Below are positions 19,424 to 30,700 of a stretch of 64,000 nt of DNA, piece by piece. This DNA comes from Candidatus Yanofskybacteria bacterium CG10_big_fil_rev_8_21_14_0_10_36_16. GTDB taxonomy: Bacteria > Patescibacteriota > Minisyncoccia > 2-02-FULL-40-12 > IGHO2-01-FULL-4-A. Both the position numbers and the translations under genes were made by a program. Within the stretch, counting starts at the first letter, position 1. Each line of letters begins with the position of its first letter. The notes below the pieces were generated by a model. That model did no database searches. It was not told the origin of the DNA and saw only the letters and a program-made list of their open reading frames with translations. Location of the stretch: the NCBI GenBank assembly GCA_002794035.1, contig PCXQ01000005.1, positions 16,909 through 80,908 on the forward strand, given 5' to 3'.

Positions 19424-22412
19424 ATGCCATAAGATTACGCAACTCACAAAATTTACACTCCTTATCATCACACCTTTTGTCCCAAAAAGACAGCTCCAGT
19501 ATTTCGTTTGATTTTTCTAAAACCAAATCTTTTAATTCCTTGACCTCAGACGGTTCAACTGTAAATAACTCTTTTTTATATCTTTTCTTTTCATCCGGTT
19601 CAACAAAATCAATCTCTCCACTTACCATATCGTACTTACCTCCCGAATAATTATCTAGAAGCAACTTATAAAACACTAACTGTCTTTTATAGTCCCCCGC
19701 TCCTGTTGCTGTTGTTTTACCTATTATATAATTTCTGGATTTGGGTTTGCCTGTTTTGTAATCAACAACATTAACTCTATTTCCATCATCAATAAATTCA
19801 ACTTTGTCTAGCTGACCGTTTATCATAATATTCGGCTCAAGTTCTATTCCCTTTATTCTTAGTTCTGTCATTACATTTTTATTCCATTTTTCATGATAAA
19901 AATCATAATACCCGCCCAAAGCCAATTCCCCCTTACTTAATAAACTATTAAAATCATCTTCTCCGATTGATTCCTTGGATAAAGTTTCTTTGAATTTGTT
20001 AATAAGCTTGTCCTTGAGAAGCACATCTCCCTTTCCAAATACAGATTTTAATCCCTCGTGTACGGCAGTACCGTATATTTGATGCAAGTTTTTAACCTGT
20101 GGTATTCCGACAAGATTAACATAAAAATATCTCCAAGGGCATTTTAAATAGTTATTTAATGCCGTAACGGATATGCCTTTTCTGTGGAATAAATCCTTTA
20201 AAAATTCTTTATCTTCAATCTTGGAACGGATAGGAGGTCTTGGACGCAATATTAAATCTGAGATTGCTTCAGGTTTTATTGATTCTGACACAGGATTATC
20301 AATCCTACTTATAAAACCGCCGTTAATCTCTCTTACGAATTTTGAAGGAAGCTTATCTTTGCCAGTTCCGTCGTTTAGCGCATAACTTATGGTTATTGTT
20401 TTCATTGCCCTTGTAAGAGCCACGTAAAACAAATTTCTTTCATCATCGTCATCGGAAGATACTTCCATTTCAAAACCTTCCTTATAATTTTTGCCCAAAT
20501 ATACGCTATCAAGCAACTTAAGGATATTGGCCTTGCGCTTATTGCCCCAATGCCTATCTTGGGCGTTGGCAATATATAGGTGTTCAAACTCGCGCCCCTT
20601 TGATCGGTGGGCAGTAAGAATTCTAACATTGGAACCGCCATGCAATAAGTTTGATGTACCAAGCCTTATATTGTGTTCTTTAAGACTGTCTATATACCCC
20701 AAGAATTTTTCTAAATTAAGTTTTTTATCTCTTGCAGATAATTCCTTTATATAATTAAAAAATGAAGACATTTTTGAAATCCTCTCATAATAATCAGGCT
20801 GAGCAGCCGTATTTTTTATTAAATTAGATTCGTATAAAACTGATTCAAATAATTCGGGCAAGGTTTTGTTTTTAGACACAGTCTTCCATTTAGACAGTTT
20901 ATTTAAAAAATCAATTGAAGGTTTTTTATCAGCAACACCTGCTTCTTTTAATAATTTTTCAGAACTTGCAACTTCATAAGCATTTATTTTATTCCTGCGT
21001 GAAAAATCTGATATTTTATAAATATTAATTGGCTCAATACCCAAAAAATCTAAATGCATTGTTTCAAGCAAGGCACCTGTATCACCGTAATTATTAACAG
21101 CTTCCAACAAAAATAAGACCCTTTTAATATCTTCGTCTTCAAGTAAATTATGCTCGGTTTCCATAACATAAGGGACACCAAACCTGCCAAGCATTTCAGC
21201 TATCGGCCACATGTCTCTATTTTCCCTAACAAGAACCGCTATGTTGTCCGGCTTAACACCCTCCTCTACTTCTTTCTTTATATCTTCTGCTATAAAAGCA
21301 CACTCCTGATCTGGAGAAGACAATTCTGCCAATTTGATATTTTTATCTTTATGTCCCGAATTAGATTTTAAATTTATTTCTGAAGCTTTAATACCATGAG
21401 CCGCATCTAAAATAATCTGGCTTGAGCGGTAATTATGTTCAAGATTAACAACCTTGGCTTCTGGATATTTTGTTTTAAAATAATTAAAATTCTTTATTGA
21501 TGCACCTTGAAAACGATAGATAGCCTGTTTTTGATCCCCAACAATAAACACATTTGGATTGTCATGATAATTGGCCAGCAACTCTACCACTTTATTTTGA
21601 GCATTGTTTGTATCCTGATGTTCATCTACTAGAATATACTGATATTGTTCCTGTAAAATACGAAGGAAATCTTCTTTCTTTGAAATTGTTTTTAAAACTT
21701 CCATTATCATATCTTCGTAATCATAATATTTTCTATTTGAAATTAATGTCTGATAATTTTTATAAATTAAGGCCAACTCAGCATTTTTATCTATATTTTT
21801 TCTTAATTTTAAATATTGACCCTTCACTTTGCCTTTGTGAGGGCCTTTCTCGTGTTTTAAATCCTCTATCATGTCAAAATCTTTTATTTCTTCGTCAACC
21901 AGATTGTTAAAATCCTCAGGACTTAAACCCTCTCTCTTTAATTCCTTTATTGCTGTTATGGCCGGCTTTAAATAATGATACTTGCTTCCAAAAGGCTTTA
22001 AGATGTCTAAATTAGAAGACGAGATTACATCCTCCATAAGTTTTGCCTGTTCAATCTCTGTGATTGGATCAAACCCTGCAATAGCAGGAAATTCCTCAGG
22101 ATAATTTTTAATAATATCGTTGCAAAATCCATGAAAAGTTGATATGGAAACCTCATAGGCAGAACTTCCGATAATCTCTGCCAAACGCTTCCTCATTGCC
22201 AGAACCCCTGATTCTGTAAAGGTCAAAGCTAAAATAGCCGATGGCTCCATATCGGTTTTTCTTAAAATATTAGCGATTCTAAGAGTTAGTATTTGTGTTT
22301 TGCCTGTGCCCGGTCCTGCAACAACCATCACCGGCCCCTCGATCGAGTCTACGGCTTCTTTTTGTTTTGCATTTAATTTATTGTAATATTCATCAAATTT
22401 TCTATTATCCAT
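19422..22412 (-). CDS. UvrD/PcrA-type SF1 helicase fused to a C-terminal Cas4/AddB-like Fe-S PD-(D/E)XK nuclease
   Basis: Walker A VAGPGTGKTQ. UvrD motifs through the helicase core (YILVDEHQDTN, VGDQKQAIYRFQGA). C-terminal nuclease with VNVVDYKTG and a four-Cys cluster (CPW...RCDDKECKFCEL). Confidence 0.8.
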   Translation of the reverse strand: MDNRKFDEYYNKLNAKQKEAVDSIEGPVMVVAGPGTGKTQILTLRIANILRKTDMEPSAILALTFTESGVLAMRKRLAEIIGSSAYEVSISTFHGFCNDIIKNYPEEFPAIAGFDPITEIEQAKLMEDVISSSNLDILKPFGSKYHYLKPAITAIKELKREGLSPEDFNNLVDEEIKDFDMIEDLKHEKGPHKGKVKGQYLKLRKNIDKNAELALIYKNYQTLISNRKYYDYEDMIMEVLKTISKKEDFLRILQEQYQYILVDEHQDTNNAQNKVVELLANYHDNPNVFIVGDQKQAIYRFQGASIKNFNYFKTKYPEAKVVNLEHNYRSSQIILDAAHGIKASEINLKSNSGHKDKNIKLAELSSPDQECAFIAEDIKKEVEEGVKPDNIAVLVRENRDMWPIAEMLGRFGVPYVMETEHNLLEDEDIKRVLFLLEAVNNYGDTGALLETMHLDFLGIEPINIYKISDFSRRNKINAYEVASSEKLLKEAGVADKKPSIDFLNKLSKWKTVSKNKTLPELFESVLYESNLIKNTAAQPDYYERISKMSSFFNYIKELSARDKKLNLEKFLGYIDSLKEHNIRLGTSNLLHGGSNVRILTAHRSKGREFEHLYIANAQDRHWGNKRKANILKLLDSVYLGKNYKEGFEMEVSSDDDDERNLFYVALTRAMKTITISYALNDGTGKDKLPSKFVREINGGFISRIDNPVSESIKPEAISDLILRPRPPIRSKIEDKEFLKDLFHRKGISVTALNNYLKCPWRYFYVNLVGIPQVKNLHQIYGTAVHEGLKSVFGKGDVLLKDKLINKFKETLSKESIGEDDFNSLLSKGELALGGYYDFYHEKWNKNVMTELRIKGIELEPNIMINGQLDKVEFIDDGNRVNVVDYKTGKPKSRNYIIGKTTATGAGDYKRQLVFYKLLLDNYSGGKYDMVSGEIDFVEPDEKKRYKKELFTVEPSEVKELKDLVLEKSNEILELSFWDKRCDDKECKFCELRNLMA

Positions 22413-22514
22413 GTTTTTACAATAAAACAGTTTTATAATTTACGCCAGTTGTCACAAAGCACAATAGTTCTCAAAATAAAACTAGTAATTTTAAATTATT
22501 TGAGGAGTTTGATT

Positions 22515-22988
22515 ATGGTAGAAAGATCCAAACACGGCGATGTTATATGCTACACAACCGTTTTAAATGGCACAAATAGGAGCTCTAAAAGCAGCGTCGG
22601 TTTAACAATAATTGAAAATGAAAGTGAGCATTTATATTGGATACCTCGCCAACAAAACGGTGAATACCAGGAACTCTTAATTAAAACAAAGGCTAAGGAA
22701 GCAAAGCATATATTGATAAGCCTAAACGATTTTTACAGAGAGCTCATATTAAAAGGGGCCACAGAATTTAAATTAACAACTTCAAAGGTTTGCTTTAAAC
22801 CAAAAGAAAATGACGAAGTAGAGATTACTTTTTCAAAGCCGGGTTTTTTTAATCAAATATTATCCAGAAGAAAATCTCAAAAAAGGCCTTATCATGATAT
22901 AATCATAACTGCCAAAAAATCTGATTTAATTGCTTCTTTAAAAGAAATTCTAAATAAGTTTGATAGGTTAAAAAACAAAGAGGGCTAA
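22515..22988 (+). CDS. Hypothetical protein
   Basis: The start is chosen at MVERSK because GAGGAG lies 7 nt upstream. The track ORF starts earlier, at 22449. Confidence 0.4.
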   Translation: MVERSKHGDVICYTTVLNGTNRSSKSSVGLTIIENESEHLYWIPRQQNGEYQELLIKTKAKEAKHILISLNDFYRELILKGATEFKLTTSKVCFKPKENDEVEITFSKPGFFNQILSRRKSQKRPYHDIIITAKKSDLIASLKEILNKFDRLKNKEG

Positions 22989-23025
22989 GTCCAAGTCCTC
23001 TTTTTATTTTGCAAAAACGACACTA

Positions 23026-24846
23026 CTAGAGTCTATTAACTGCTTCAAAAAATTCCTCTTCGGTCAATTCAGGATTTCGTGCCTGTTTGAAATAAAAATC
23101 AGCTTTTTCTGGATTGCCCATTTTGTAATAAGCAAATCCCAAAGCAAATTTTAAATTAAGGTCCTCAGGATTTGATCCATAATTATCCTCAATTACACTT
23201 ATCGCTTCATCATACTTTTGAAGTTTTGTCTTTGTAAGAGACAACAAAAATACCTCATTCCATCTAGCATAAAGCTCTACAGCACGGACCAATACATCCT
23301 CTGCCTCAACAAGTTTCCCTATTTCATAATACGCCTTGCCTAGCCCTCGTATGCCTCTTATATATGTTGGTTTTAATTCAACAGTCTTTTCCCACAGCCT
23401 TATTGCCTCTTCCTTATTGCCCTCTACATCATTAATATGTGCTAAAAGATTTAGCGCTGAGATGTGTTCAGGTGCCATTTCAAGAGTTTCTTTGAGAAGC
23501 TCTTTCGCACTAGTAAAATCATTTTCTTGTGTATAAAGATATGCTCTGTTTGTCATATTAACAACACTCTTTGGCGCTGATGCATATGCACTCAAATAAA
23601 GATTATTTTCTGTCAGCCAATCCCGATTGCGATCAATTGTTTTTACTGAATAAAAAACAGTCAGTCCGGCCAACAATATCCAACCTAAATATCTCCATTT
23701 ATAATTTGTCCTTTCAAATAAATTATCTATACATATAGCCAGCAAAACCACCAGACCCACGCTGGGCAAATAAATCAATCGCTCAGCCATTATGGTCCCC
23801 GTTTTAAAAACAAAATTTGAAATTACAAAAAATGGCACAAAGAAAAATAGTATTCCCATCGTGTGACCGTTAATCTTTAGGTCAGGTCCAACCCCAAACA
23901 AAGGTCTCAGCAATGCATAGATAACAAAACCCAACATTAAAAATCCAATTAAAGCCTCGGGCGATTTAAAAATATTTTCAACAATTGATATTTGATCAAA
24001 CGAATAATCAGAAGAAAAACTTGTTGGAATTATGCTTTTTTGAATATACAAAAACATAACTTTGAGTGCTGTGAAAAATCCCGGCAAAATGCCTGCCCCA
24101 ATTATGGGATTATAAACTGAAGTGCCGTCATGGCCCAAAATATTACCACCAAGTGCTATATATCTTATGGAAAAATAGGCCACCAGAACCACCAAATAAG
24201 GCACAGAACGCTTTATTGTGCCCCCTAAGGCCTCCTTTTTATAAAACAAGGCAATATATGCCCAAATAGGCAAAAAAACTATAGCAATCTCTTTACTTAA
24301 CAAACCTAAGAAGAATAATCCTGTAGACAGCCATTGACTATTTGCCTGAGATTTATCTTCCCCATGCCGACGAGAAACATACAAAGCAGACAAAACAAAG
24401 CCTGCTGACAAAAGCTCCGCCCTACCAACAATAGAAGTTACCGCATCAACATGAATTGGCATAGCCAAAAATAAAACGGCCGACAAAATTCCTGCCCTGC
24501 GATTTATTAACTGCGCAATAACCAAGAATACAAAAAAGGCCGCAATCGCGTGAAGAAAAATATTTACTACATGAAATGAAATCGAAGATTCTCCAAATAT
24601 CATTTCATTAAGTGAGTGTGTAAAAATAGTAAAGGGTCTGTAAAGTCCTGTTTCGGGTTGCTTAAAATGATACGGCTCAAGAAAAACTTCAGGCAATTTG
24701 GCTATTTCACCTATTAGTGGGTTGCCGGTAATTACAAATTTATCATCAAAAACAAAATCACCCCCTATACCGTTTCCAAATAACACAAAAGACAGGGCAA
24801 TCAACCCCAAAAATACAAGCCAATTTTTATTGGATTTTGTCCGCAT
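23026..24846 (-). CDS. GT-C-fold membrane glycosyltransferase (PMT/ArnT-like, DD motif) with a C-terminal TPR domain
   Basis: About 12 TM segments. First-loop FVFDDKFVITGNPLI resembles the GT39/GT83 DD/DE motif. The C-terminal roughly 200 aa carry TPR repeats. Confidence 0.65.
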   Translation of the reverse strand: MRTKSNKNWLVFLGLIALSFVLFGNGIGGDFVFDDKFVITGNPLIGEIAKLPEVFLEPYHFKQPETGLYRPFTIFTHSLNEMIFGESSISFHVVNIFLHAIAAFFVFLVIAQLINRRAGILSAVLFLAMPIHVDAVTSIVGRAELLSAGFVLSALYVSRRHGEDKSQANSQWLSTGLFFLGLLSKEIAIVFLPIWAYIALFYKKEALGGTIKRSVPYLVVLVAYFSIRYIALGGNILGHDGTSVYNPIIGAGILPGFFTALKVMFLYIQKSIIPTSFSSDYSFDQISIVENIFKSPEALIGFLMLGFVIYALLRPLFGVGPDLKINGHTMGILFFFVPFFVISNFVFKTGTIMAERLIYLPSVGLVVLLAICIDNLFERTNYKWRYLGWILLAGLTVFYSVKTIDRNRDWLTENNLYLSAYASAPKSVVNMTNRAYLYTQENDFTSAKELLKETLEMAPEHISALNLLAHINDVEGNKEEAIRLWEKTVELKPTYIRGIRGLGKAYYEIGKLVEAEDVLVRAVELYARWNEVFLLSLTKTKLQKYDEAISVIEDNYGSNPEDLNLKFALGFAYYKMGNPEKADFYFKQARNPELTEEEFFEAVNRL

Positions 24847-24864
24847 AATGTTATAATCACATAT

Positions 24865-26019
24865 ATGGAGGATTTTGGCAAAAAAAAGGTCCTATTTGTT
24901 ATTACTCAATCAGAAATGGGCGGAGCCCAAAAATTTTTAGTTAATTTAACAAAAAAATTAGATAAAAATAAATATGAAGTAATGGTTGCCGCAGGCCCGG
25001 ACGGAGGCGGAGAACTTTTTAATATTCTTAAAAGACACAACATTAAATCATTCCGACTAAAAAACGCAAAAAGAAACATTAATCTTGTGAAAGATGTGAT
25101 GGAGATCTTTGAACTGAGAAAATTAATAAAAGAATTTAAACCAGATGTTTTATTTCTAAACAGTTCCAAAACAACTCTCTGGGGTCCCAAGGCTGTTTAT
25201 TTTCCGACAAAAATTAAACCTACACCAAAAATAATTTACCGTATAGGCGGATGGAGCTTCAATGACCCTAGACCAAAGTGGGAAAAAAAGCTATGGATAT
25301 TGATTGAAAAGACATTTGCCAAATATAAAGACATCATCATGGTTAATAACGAACACGACCTCAAACAAGCCAAGAAATTGAACATCAATCCAAAGGGTAA
25401 AATTGAACTTATTTATAACGGCATAGATATTAACGAGATAGAATTTTTAAGCCGAGAAGAATCACGCAATGAGCTTGTTTTATCAAACGAAGATTTTGTT
25501 GTAGGAACCATAGCAAATTTCTATCCCACAAAAGGCCTGAAATATTTAATAGATGCAGTAGCAATACTTAATAATAGTTATTTTATAAGCGATATTAAAT
25601 TTATAATAATTGGCGACGGCCCAGATAGAAAAACTCAGGAAGCAAGAATAAACAACGAAGAATTAAGCAAACAGATAATCCTTGCGGGAAGAAAAGAAAA
25701 CGCATACAAGTATCTTTTAGCGTTTGATTTGTTTGTTCTACCTTCAGTAAAAGAAGGGTTTTCTTGGGCAATGCTTGAGGCAATGGCTGCCAAATTGCCC
25801 ATTGTGGCAACCCGAGTAGGAGCAACACCCGAGATAATACAGAGCAATCGAAACGGACTGTTGATTAACCCTGCCAACCCAAAAGAATTGGCTGAGGCAA
25901 TAAAAAACATCAAGGGAAGCGAGCAGTTAAGAAGAGATCTCGGTGATAAGGCATTCCAAACTGTAATATCTCGATTTACTCTTGATAAAATGATATCTCA
26001 AATTGAAAAATTACTTTAA
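24865..26019 (+). CDS. GT4-family glycosyltransferase (GT-B fold)
   Basis: EX7E motif region EGFSWAMLEAMAAKLPIVATRVGATPEII. Divergent from the GT-C gene. Confidence 0.8.
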   Translation: MEDFGKKKVLFVITQSEMGGAQKFLVNLTKKLDKNKYEVMVAAGPDGGGELFNILKRHNIKSFRLKNAKRNINLVKDVMEIFELRKLIKEFKPDVLFLNSSKTTLWGPKAVYFPTKIKPTPKIIYRIGGWSFNDPRPKWEKKLWILIEKTFAKYKDIIMVNNEHDLKQAKKLNINPKGKIELIYNGIDINEIEFLSREESRNELVLSNEDFVVGTIANFYPTKGLKYLIDAVAILNNSYFISDIKFIIIGDGPDRKTQEARINNEELSKQIILAGRKENAYKYLLAFDLFVLPSVKEGFSWAMLEAMAAKLPIVATRVGATPEIIQSNRNGLLINPANPKELAEAIKNIKGSEQLRRDLGDKAFQTVISRFTLDKMISQIEKLL

Positions 26020-26043
26020 ACACTAAATGTTCAACAAAAAACA

Positions 26044-26068
26044 GCCTCGCCAATGCGAGGCCGTTTTT
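26044..26068 (+). terminator. Intrinsic terminator after the GT4 gene
   Basis: GCCTCGC-caat-GCGAGGC followed by TTTTT. Confidence 0.65.
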
Positions 26069-26085
26069 AAATTGCAAATTAAAAA

Positions 26086-26838
26086 CTAAAACCCAAAGAT
26101 ACCCTTAAACAAATTCCAAAAACGGCTAAATATTCCATCTTTTTTAACTACATCATCACCACCTTCCTGTTCCTCTAATGCGCTAGGAGATTCTTCTTGC
26201 GGTGTTTTAGTCTCCTGAACTTGTGATGGTGTTCGAGTTGGTGATGTAGTTTGAGTAACCTTAGGCGAAGTAGCTACAGCAGTCGGAGCTGATGTTGCAA
26301 AAGGAGTTGCTGTAATTAAAGGAGTCGAAGACACAATTGGCGTTACGACAGTTGTTGGCTGTGCAGTTTCTTCAACAGTGGGATCAGGTGTTGAAGTCGG
26401 AGTTTCAGTTGGGCTTGGCTCAACATAATTCTTATTTAAAGTGACATTAACCGTTTGAGTATCAAACACAGTTGTTTTGTTTATATCAATATCTATTGCC
26501 TCAACTGTTACAACAGCTTCATGTTTACCATCAGACAATGACTCTGGTTGAATTTCTAAAACAAAATTTACCGCTCCGCCAGAATTTAAAGACACAGAGT
26601 TCGTTGATTGCGAATATCCTTCTCTGTAAACAAACGCCCATTCTGAATCACTTGATATTATAAATTTCGCCTTCTGGGGCCCAACATTCTTTGTGCTTAA
26701 AAAGTAATACAAAGGTTTTTGTTCGCCAGTTTTATAATTGAAAACTAAATTGCTATCCCCTAGCTCAATATAAGAAGGCCCACTGACAACAGCGAACAAC
26801 ATAGAAAAAGGAAGTAATATTTTAGCTAATAAATCCAA
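26086..26838 (-). CDS. Secreted protein with a C-terminal Thr/Pro-rich low-complexity region
   Basis: Signal peptide, Ig-like beta-rich domain, then a TPTSTPDPTVEETAQPTTVVTP linker. Confidence 0.5.
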   Translation of the reverse strand: MDLLAKILLPFSMLFAVVSGPSYIELGDSNLVFNYKTGEQKPLYYFLSTKNVGPQKAKFIISSDSEWAFVYREGYSQSTNSVSLNSGGAVNFVLEIQPESLSDGKHEAVVTVEAIDIDINKTTVFDTQTVNVTLNKNYVEPSPTETPTSTPDPTVEETAQPTTVVTPIVSSTPLITATPFATSAPTAVATSPKVTQTTSPTRTPSQVQETKTPQEESPSALEEQEGGDDVVKKDGIFSRFWNLFKGIFGF

Positions 26839-26926
26839 ATTATAATATTAACCTGAATGCTATAAAATTTACCGCATTCAAATGTTATTTACTTGTTTAA
26901 GCCACATCAAAGAATATTTTATTGCC

Positions 26927-27484
26927 TTAGGGCATAATAACCATGATTCCTCCACTACATTCCGCCTCTCTAATTTCTACAGCACCATTAGACAAAAGAG
27001 CTCCATAAGTAACAGAGGCATTAAGTAAGTACTGCTTGGCAGTAGGAGTTCCATACAAGGCAACACCCGCTTCTTTTTCACCATTTGGAATTGGTAATTG
27101 CTCAAAAAGATTTGGTCCAGCTTTTATAACACCGTCATCAGGGGTAGTTCTCCAATAGATTTGTCTTGTAACATCATCAATGTTTTGGTAAATAATTTTT
27201 GCTCCTTCAGTTCTATATAAATTATCTTCCAAAAATACAATCTTTCCTTCAAGCTGACACGTTGCTGGAGTAAATTTTTGGCCCGATCCATTGGACGAAC
27301 CGCCCACTGGAGTCGGAGTTGGTGTTAACGTTGGTTGAGGACTCGGGCTAAATTCAAAATCATCCGGTAATAAATCTTCGTTATCATCTTCTTTTGGACC
27401 AGACGACATTGAGAAAACCAAAAGCCCGGCACCAACAACCAAAACTATTAGCCATAAAATTATTTTTTTGTTGTTTTTAAACAT
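26927..27484 (-). CDS. Membrane-anchored secreted protein with a Pro/Thr linker
   Basis: N-terminal TM, SPSPQPTLTPTPTPVGG linker and a C-terminal globular domain. Confidence 0.5.
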   Translation of the reverse strand: MFKNNKKIILWLIVLVVGAGLLVFSMSSGPKEDDNEDLLPDDFEFSPSPQPTLTPTPTPVGGSSNGSGQKFTPATCQLEGKIVFLEDNLYRTEGAKIIYQNIDDVTRQIYWRTTPDDGVIKAGPNLFEQLPIPNGEKEAGVALYGTPTAKQYLLNASVTYGALLSNGAVEIREAECSGGIMVIMP

Positions 27485-27620
27485 ATATAAAATATAGCAT
27501 AAATTATAGAGACAAACAATAATTTAAACACATCCACATTCAAACAAAAATCCCTTCAAAACAAATAAATCTTAAATAAAAGCACACAAACAAAAAAATA
27601 TTTAAAACTTTAAAAGCAAC

Positions 27621-27652
27621 GCAAAACCCCCACCGTAAGGTGGGGGTTTTGA
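27621..27652. terminator. Bidirectional intrinsic terminator after the giant surface-protein gene
   Basis: CCCCCACC-gtaa-GGTGGGGG flanked by A and T runs. A second hairpin, TAGTCC...GGACTA, lies at 27662-27690. Confidence 0.7.
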
Positions 27653-27704
27653 CTCCCAATAGTCCTTCAAGCAAGGTTCGGGACTAAAGGATACTAATCA
27701 TAGT

Positions 27705-30700
27705 TTACTGCTTAGAGAAGATTGGACCGTTCATAGGCAATAGCTTGAATACATTTGCAACGTTTGTAACTTCTTGGTCTTCGCCTGTGCGGGCTCCGTC
27801 AACGTATTTTATTACGCCTGCTTCATCTCTAAGTACTACCTGGAAGTAGTCAGATGTATCAAGGAAGTTAGTGAAACCAACTTCAACTCTGAATGATTTT
27901 TGTGAACCACCAGTAATTTCAACATCTTTCTCCCAGTTGGTAAAGCTGATTGAGGCTCCGTTAGCTTGACCTGCAGTAATTGTAGCTGAGGCCAAAAGCT
28001 CACCGGTACCAACATCGTACAAGTTGGCAGTCATGTTGGAGCTTGCTCCACCAGATGCAACAGTATCGAACTTCAAGGTTACGGATGCTGGATCATCAAA
28101 GTATAACTTTGAGTCAGACAAACCGTGAGCCTTAATAGTGAACTTCAATACATCTTTAGTACCCAACGGCTCGGAAGCTGCTAGGGTGTCTTGTACGAAT
28201 TCTGGGTAGACACGATATATGTAGTGGTCGTTACCAGTTACGCTATCTGTGTCATCACCAGTTGTGTCATTACCCTCAACAAGAGTACCTGAACCTACGC
28301 CAAGTGCTCTGAATTCATCAGTGGCACCACCAGAGAAGTCAAGCGAGAAGCTAACTTCCGATGTTGCACCTTGTGCCTTGGTCTTAAGATCAGCCAATAC
28401 CTTGATGTCAATGCTTGAATCCTTAGGTACGTAAGGCCTGTTTGAACCGGTAAAGGCAAATGATACTGAACCAGCTGTGTTAAGTGTTCCAACTGATGTT
28501 AGAGTGTCACCTGCTTCGTTGGTGTATCTAATCTTTACCTTATCAACGTTGGCGGTCAAATTAGCTGTGGTGTCGCCGCTGTTAATGTTCAATCTTTCAA
28601 TGTAGAAAGCCTCGTTTGTTGATCTAAATCTGTATCTTGCAAATTCAGCATCTGTTTGACCCCAGTACTTAGCGCCAGTAATTGGCATGTCTGGAGCAGC
28701 AGTTACAGCAAGTGTACCTGCGCTTGATACAGTATTTAGAACTGTAGGACTGGTTGTACCGTTAACAGCACTGTTTGCAGCATTTACAGAACTACCAGAA
28801 TCGTCAATTGCAGTTACGTCAGTTGTAGCAGCAATATCAAAGTTGAATACATCTGAAGCGCCTGAAGTGCTGTTTGATGACAAGTCAGTTCTTACAAGCA
28901 ATGTCCTTGTTTCACCTGCTGCCAAGTCCCAACCGAGATTGTTGAATACAATTGTACCGGTTGAAGTGTTCAAATTGTTGGCTGAAGGTGAGTTTGAAAT
29001 CAAGGTTCCTGATGTTGCATCCCACAATTCAACAGCGGATACTAGACCGCCAACTGACAACGAAGTGTCAGGTGAAGCACCTACACCCAAAGCTGTTGTG
29101 GAACCTGAATCAGCTACATAAGCTGACAAGGTAATGTCTGTTACTTCTAATCCGGAAGCCAACGAAGCAGCAAAGGTTATACCCAATGCGTCAACGTTCT
29201 GTGTACCTCTTACGTAGGTAGTACTTACCGGAGAAGCTGACAATCCAAGGGTCAAAGATGACGCTTGCAAAGTCATGTTATTACCTGCCAAGTCAGTGTT
29301 TGGAACGATATCTGAATCATCAACTGCAGTGTTGGTTCCTGCATACTTCATTACAGCAATATCACCTGCTGTACCGACTAAGTCTGATTCTCCATAACCA
29401 TCAAGAACAACCTTAATGGTGTCAGTAGCAACTAAGTCCTGACCAGCTCTGGTGTTTGCAATGTTGATGTCACCTGTAACCTTGAAGTTTCTGGTTGTGC
29501 CAGCACTTAAGTCAAAGGTGTCAGTAAAGGTCTTTGCAGCACCTGTTGCACCGTTAGGACAACCTGTTGCTTCTGATGCGGTAAATGCGGAACCATCAGC
29601 TGGTCCTACTATTACCTGACCTGTGTCTTCGTCTATAACCTTAATGTCGTCTAAGTCAGCCCAACCATTGGTTGTGTCTGAAGCATCGGCGTAAGTAGTG
29701 CCGGCATCAGCCTGACAAAGCACAAGTCTCAATTTCTTAACTTCAATATCTGAAGCTGCACTCATTGAGTACTGTGCAAGTACTGTATCTTGTGTGTCTG
29801 TACCAACGTTTGTGGCGTTAGGACCATTAAATGTAAGGGTTAATACTCCACCCTGCAATGTTAGAGAGTGAGTATTGGTTGAATCGTCAAAGTTTGCATC
29901 AACTGTAGGCGCCATTCCGAAACCGAATTGGTCACCAACTGCTAATACATCGGATGCTTGTTCAACGTAGAACTTGATTGTTTCATCTTTCTTACCGCTT
30001 AAGTCACCGTATACTTTGAAGATCTTGTTGTCTCCTTTGGCAATTGAATAACCACTGCCGGAGAATTCAAATACTGCATCTCCGTCACCGTTCATCCAAC
30101 CATTAGCAACCTTATCACCATTAACCTCAAGATAAAGGTTGGTGATGTCTGCATCCTTTACAGTACCACCATTAAGAAGTGAAACTCTCTTAAGGTGAGC
30201 AGATTCCGTGTTAGCGGTGATCTTGAATGTAGACAAGTGGGCCATCTTCTGACCTACTTTGGGGTTAGCAACAGAACCTGTCTTGTCAACGTTTATTGTT
30301 CCTGAGTTTGAACCAGCAAAAGTAAAGTTATTGCTTTGTACTGGGAATCCGCTTATATTGCCGGACTCAAGTGTTACACTTTCAAGTACCCAGTAGTTAA
30401 CGTTTCCGGCTGTACCTGAGTGGTCAGCTACAAGATCAATGTCTTTTGTTCCGTTAACATCTAGATTCAAGTTAACAAATGTCAAAGTACCGTCAGCTGA
30501 AGAAGGAGTTCTTCCTCCTGTCAACCTCTCGGCACCATCATATACGTACAAGTTGTCAAAGTCTCCTGTGGCACCAGGACCTTGTCTCTTAAATGAAAGA
30601 GAGTCAATTGTGCCTGTGCCTGAAAACCTTACTGACATTACAGTTTCACCATATGCATTTAATGTAATGGTGGTTGCTGGTGGGTTGTCAGGGGCCAAGC

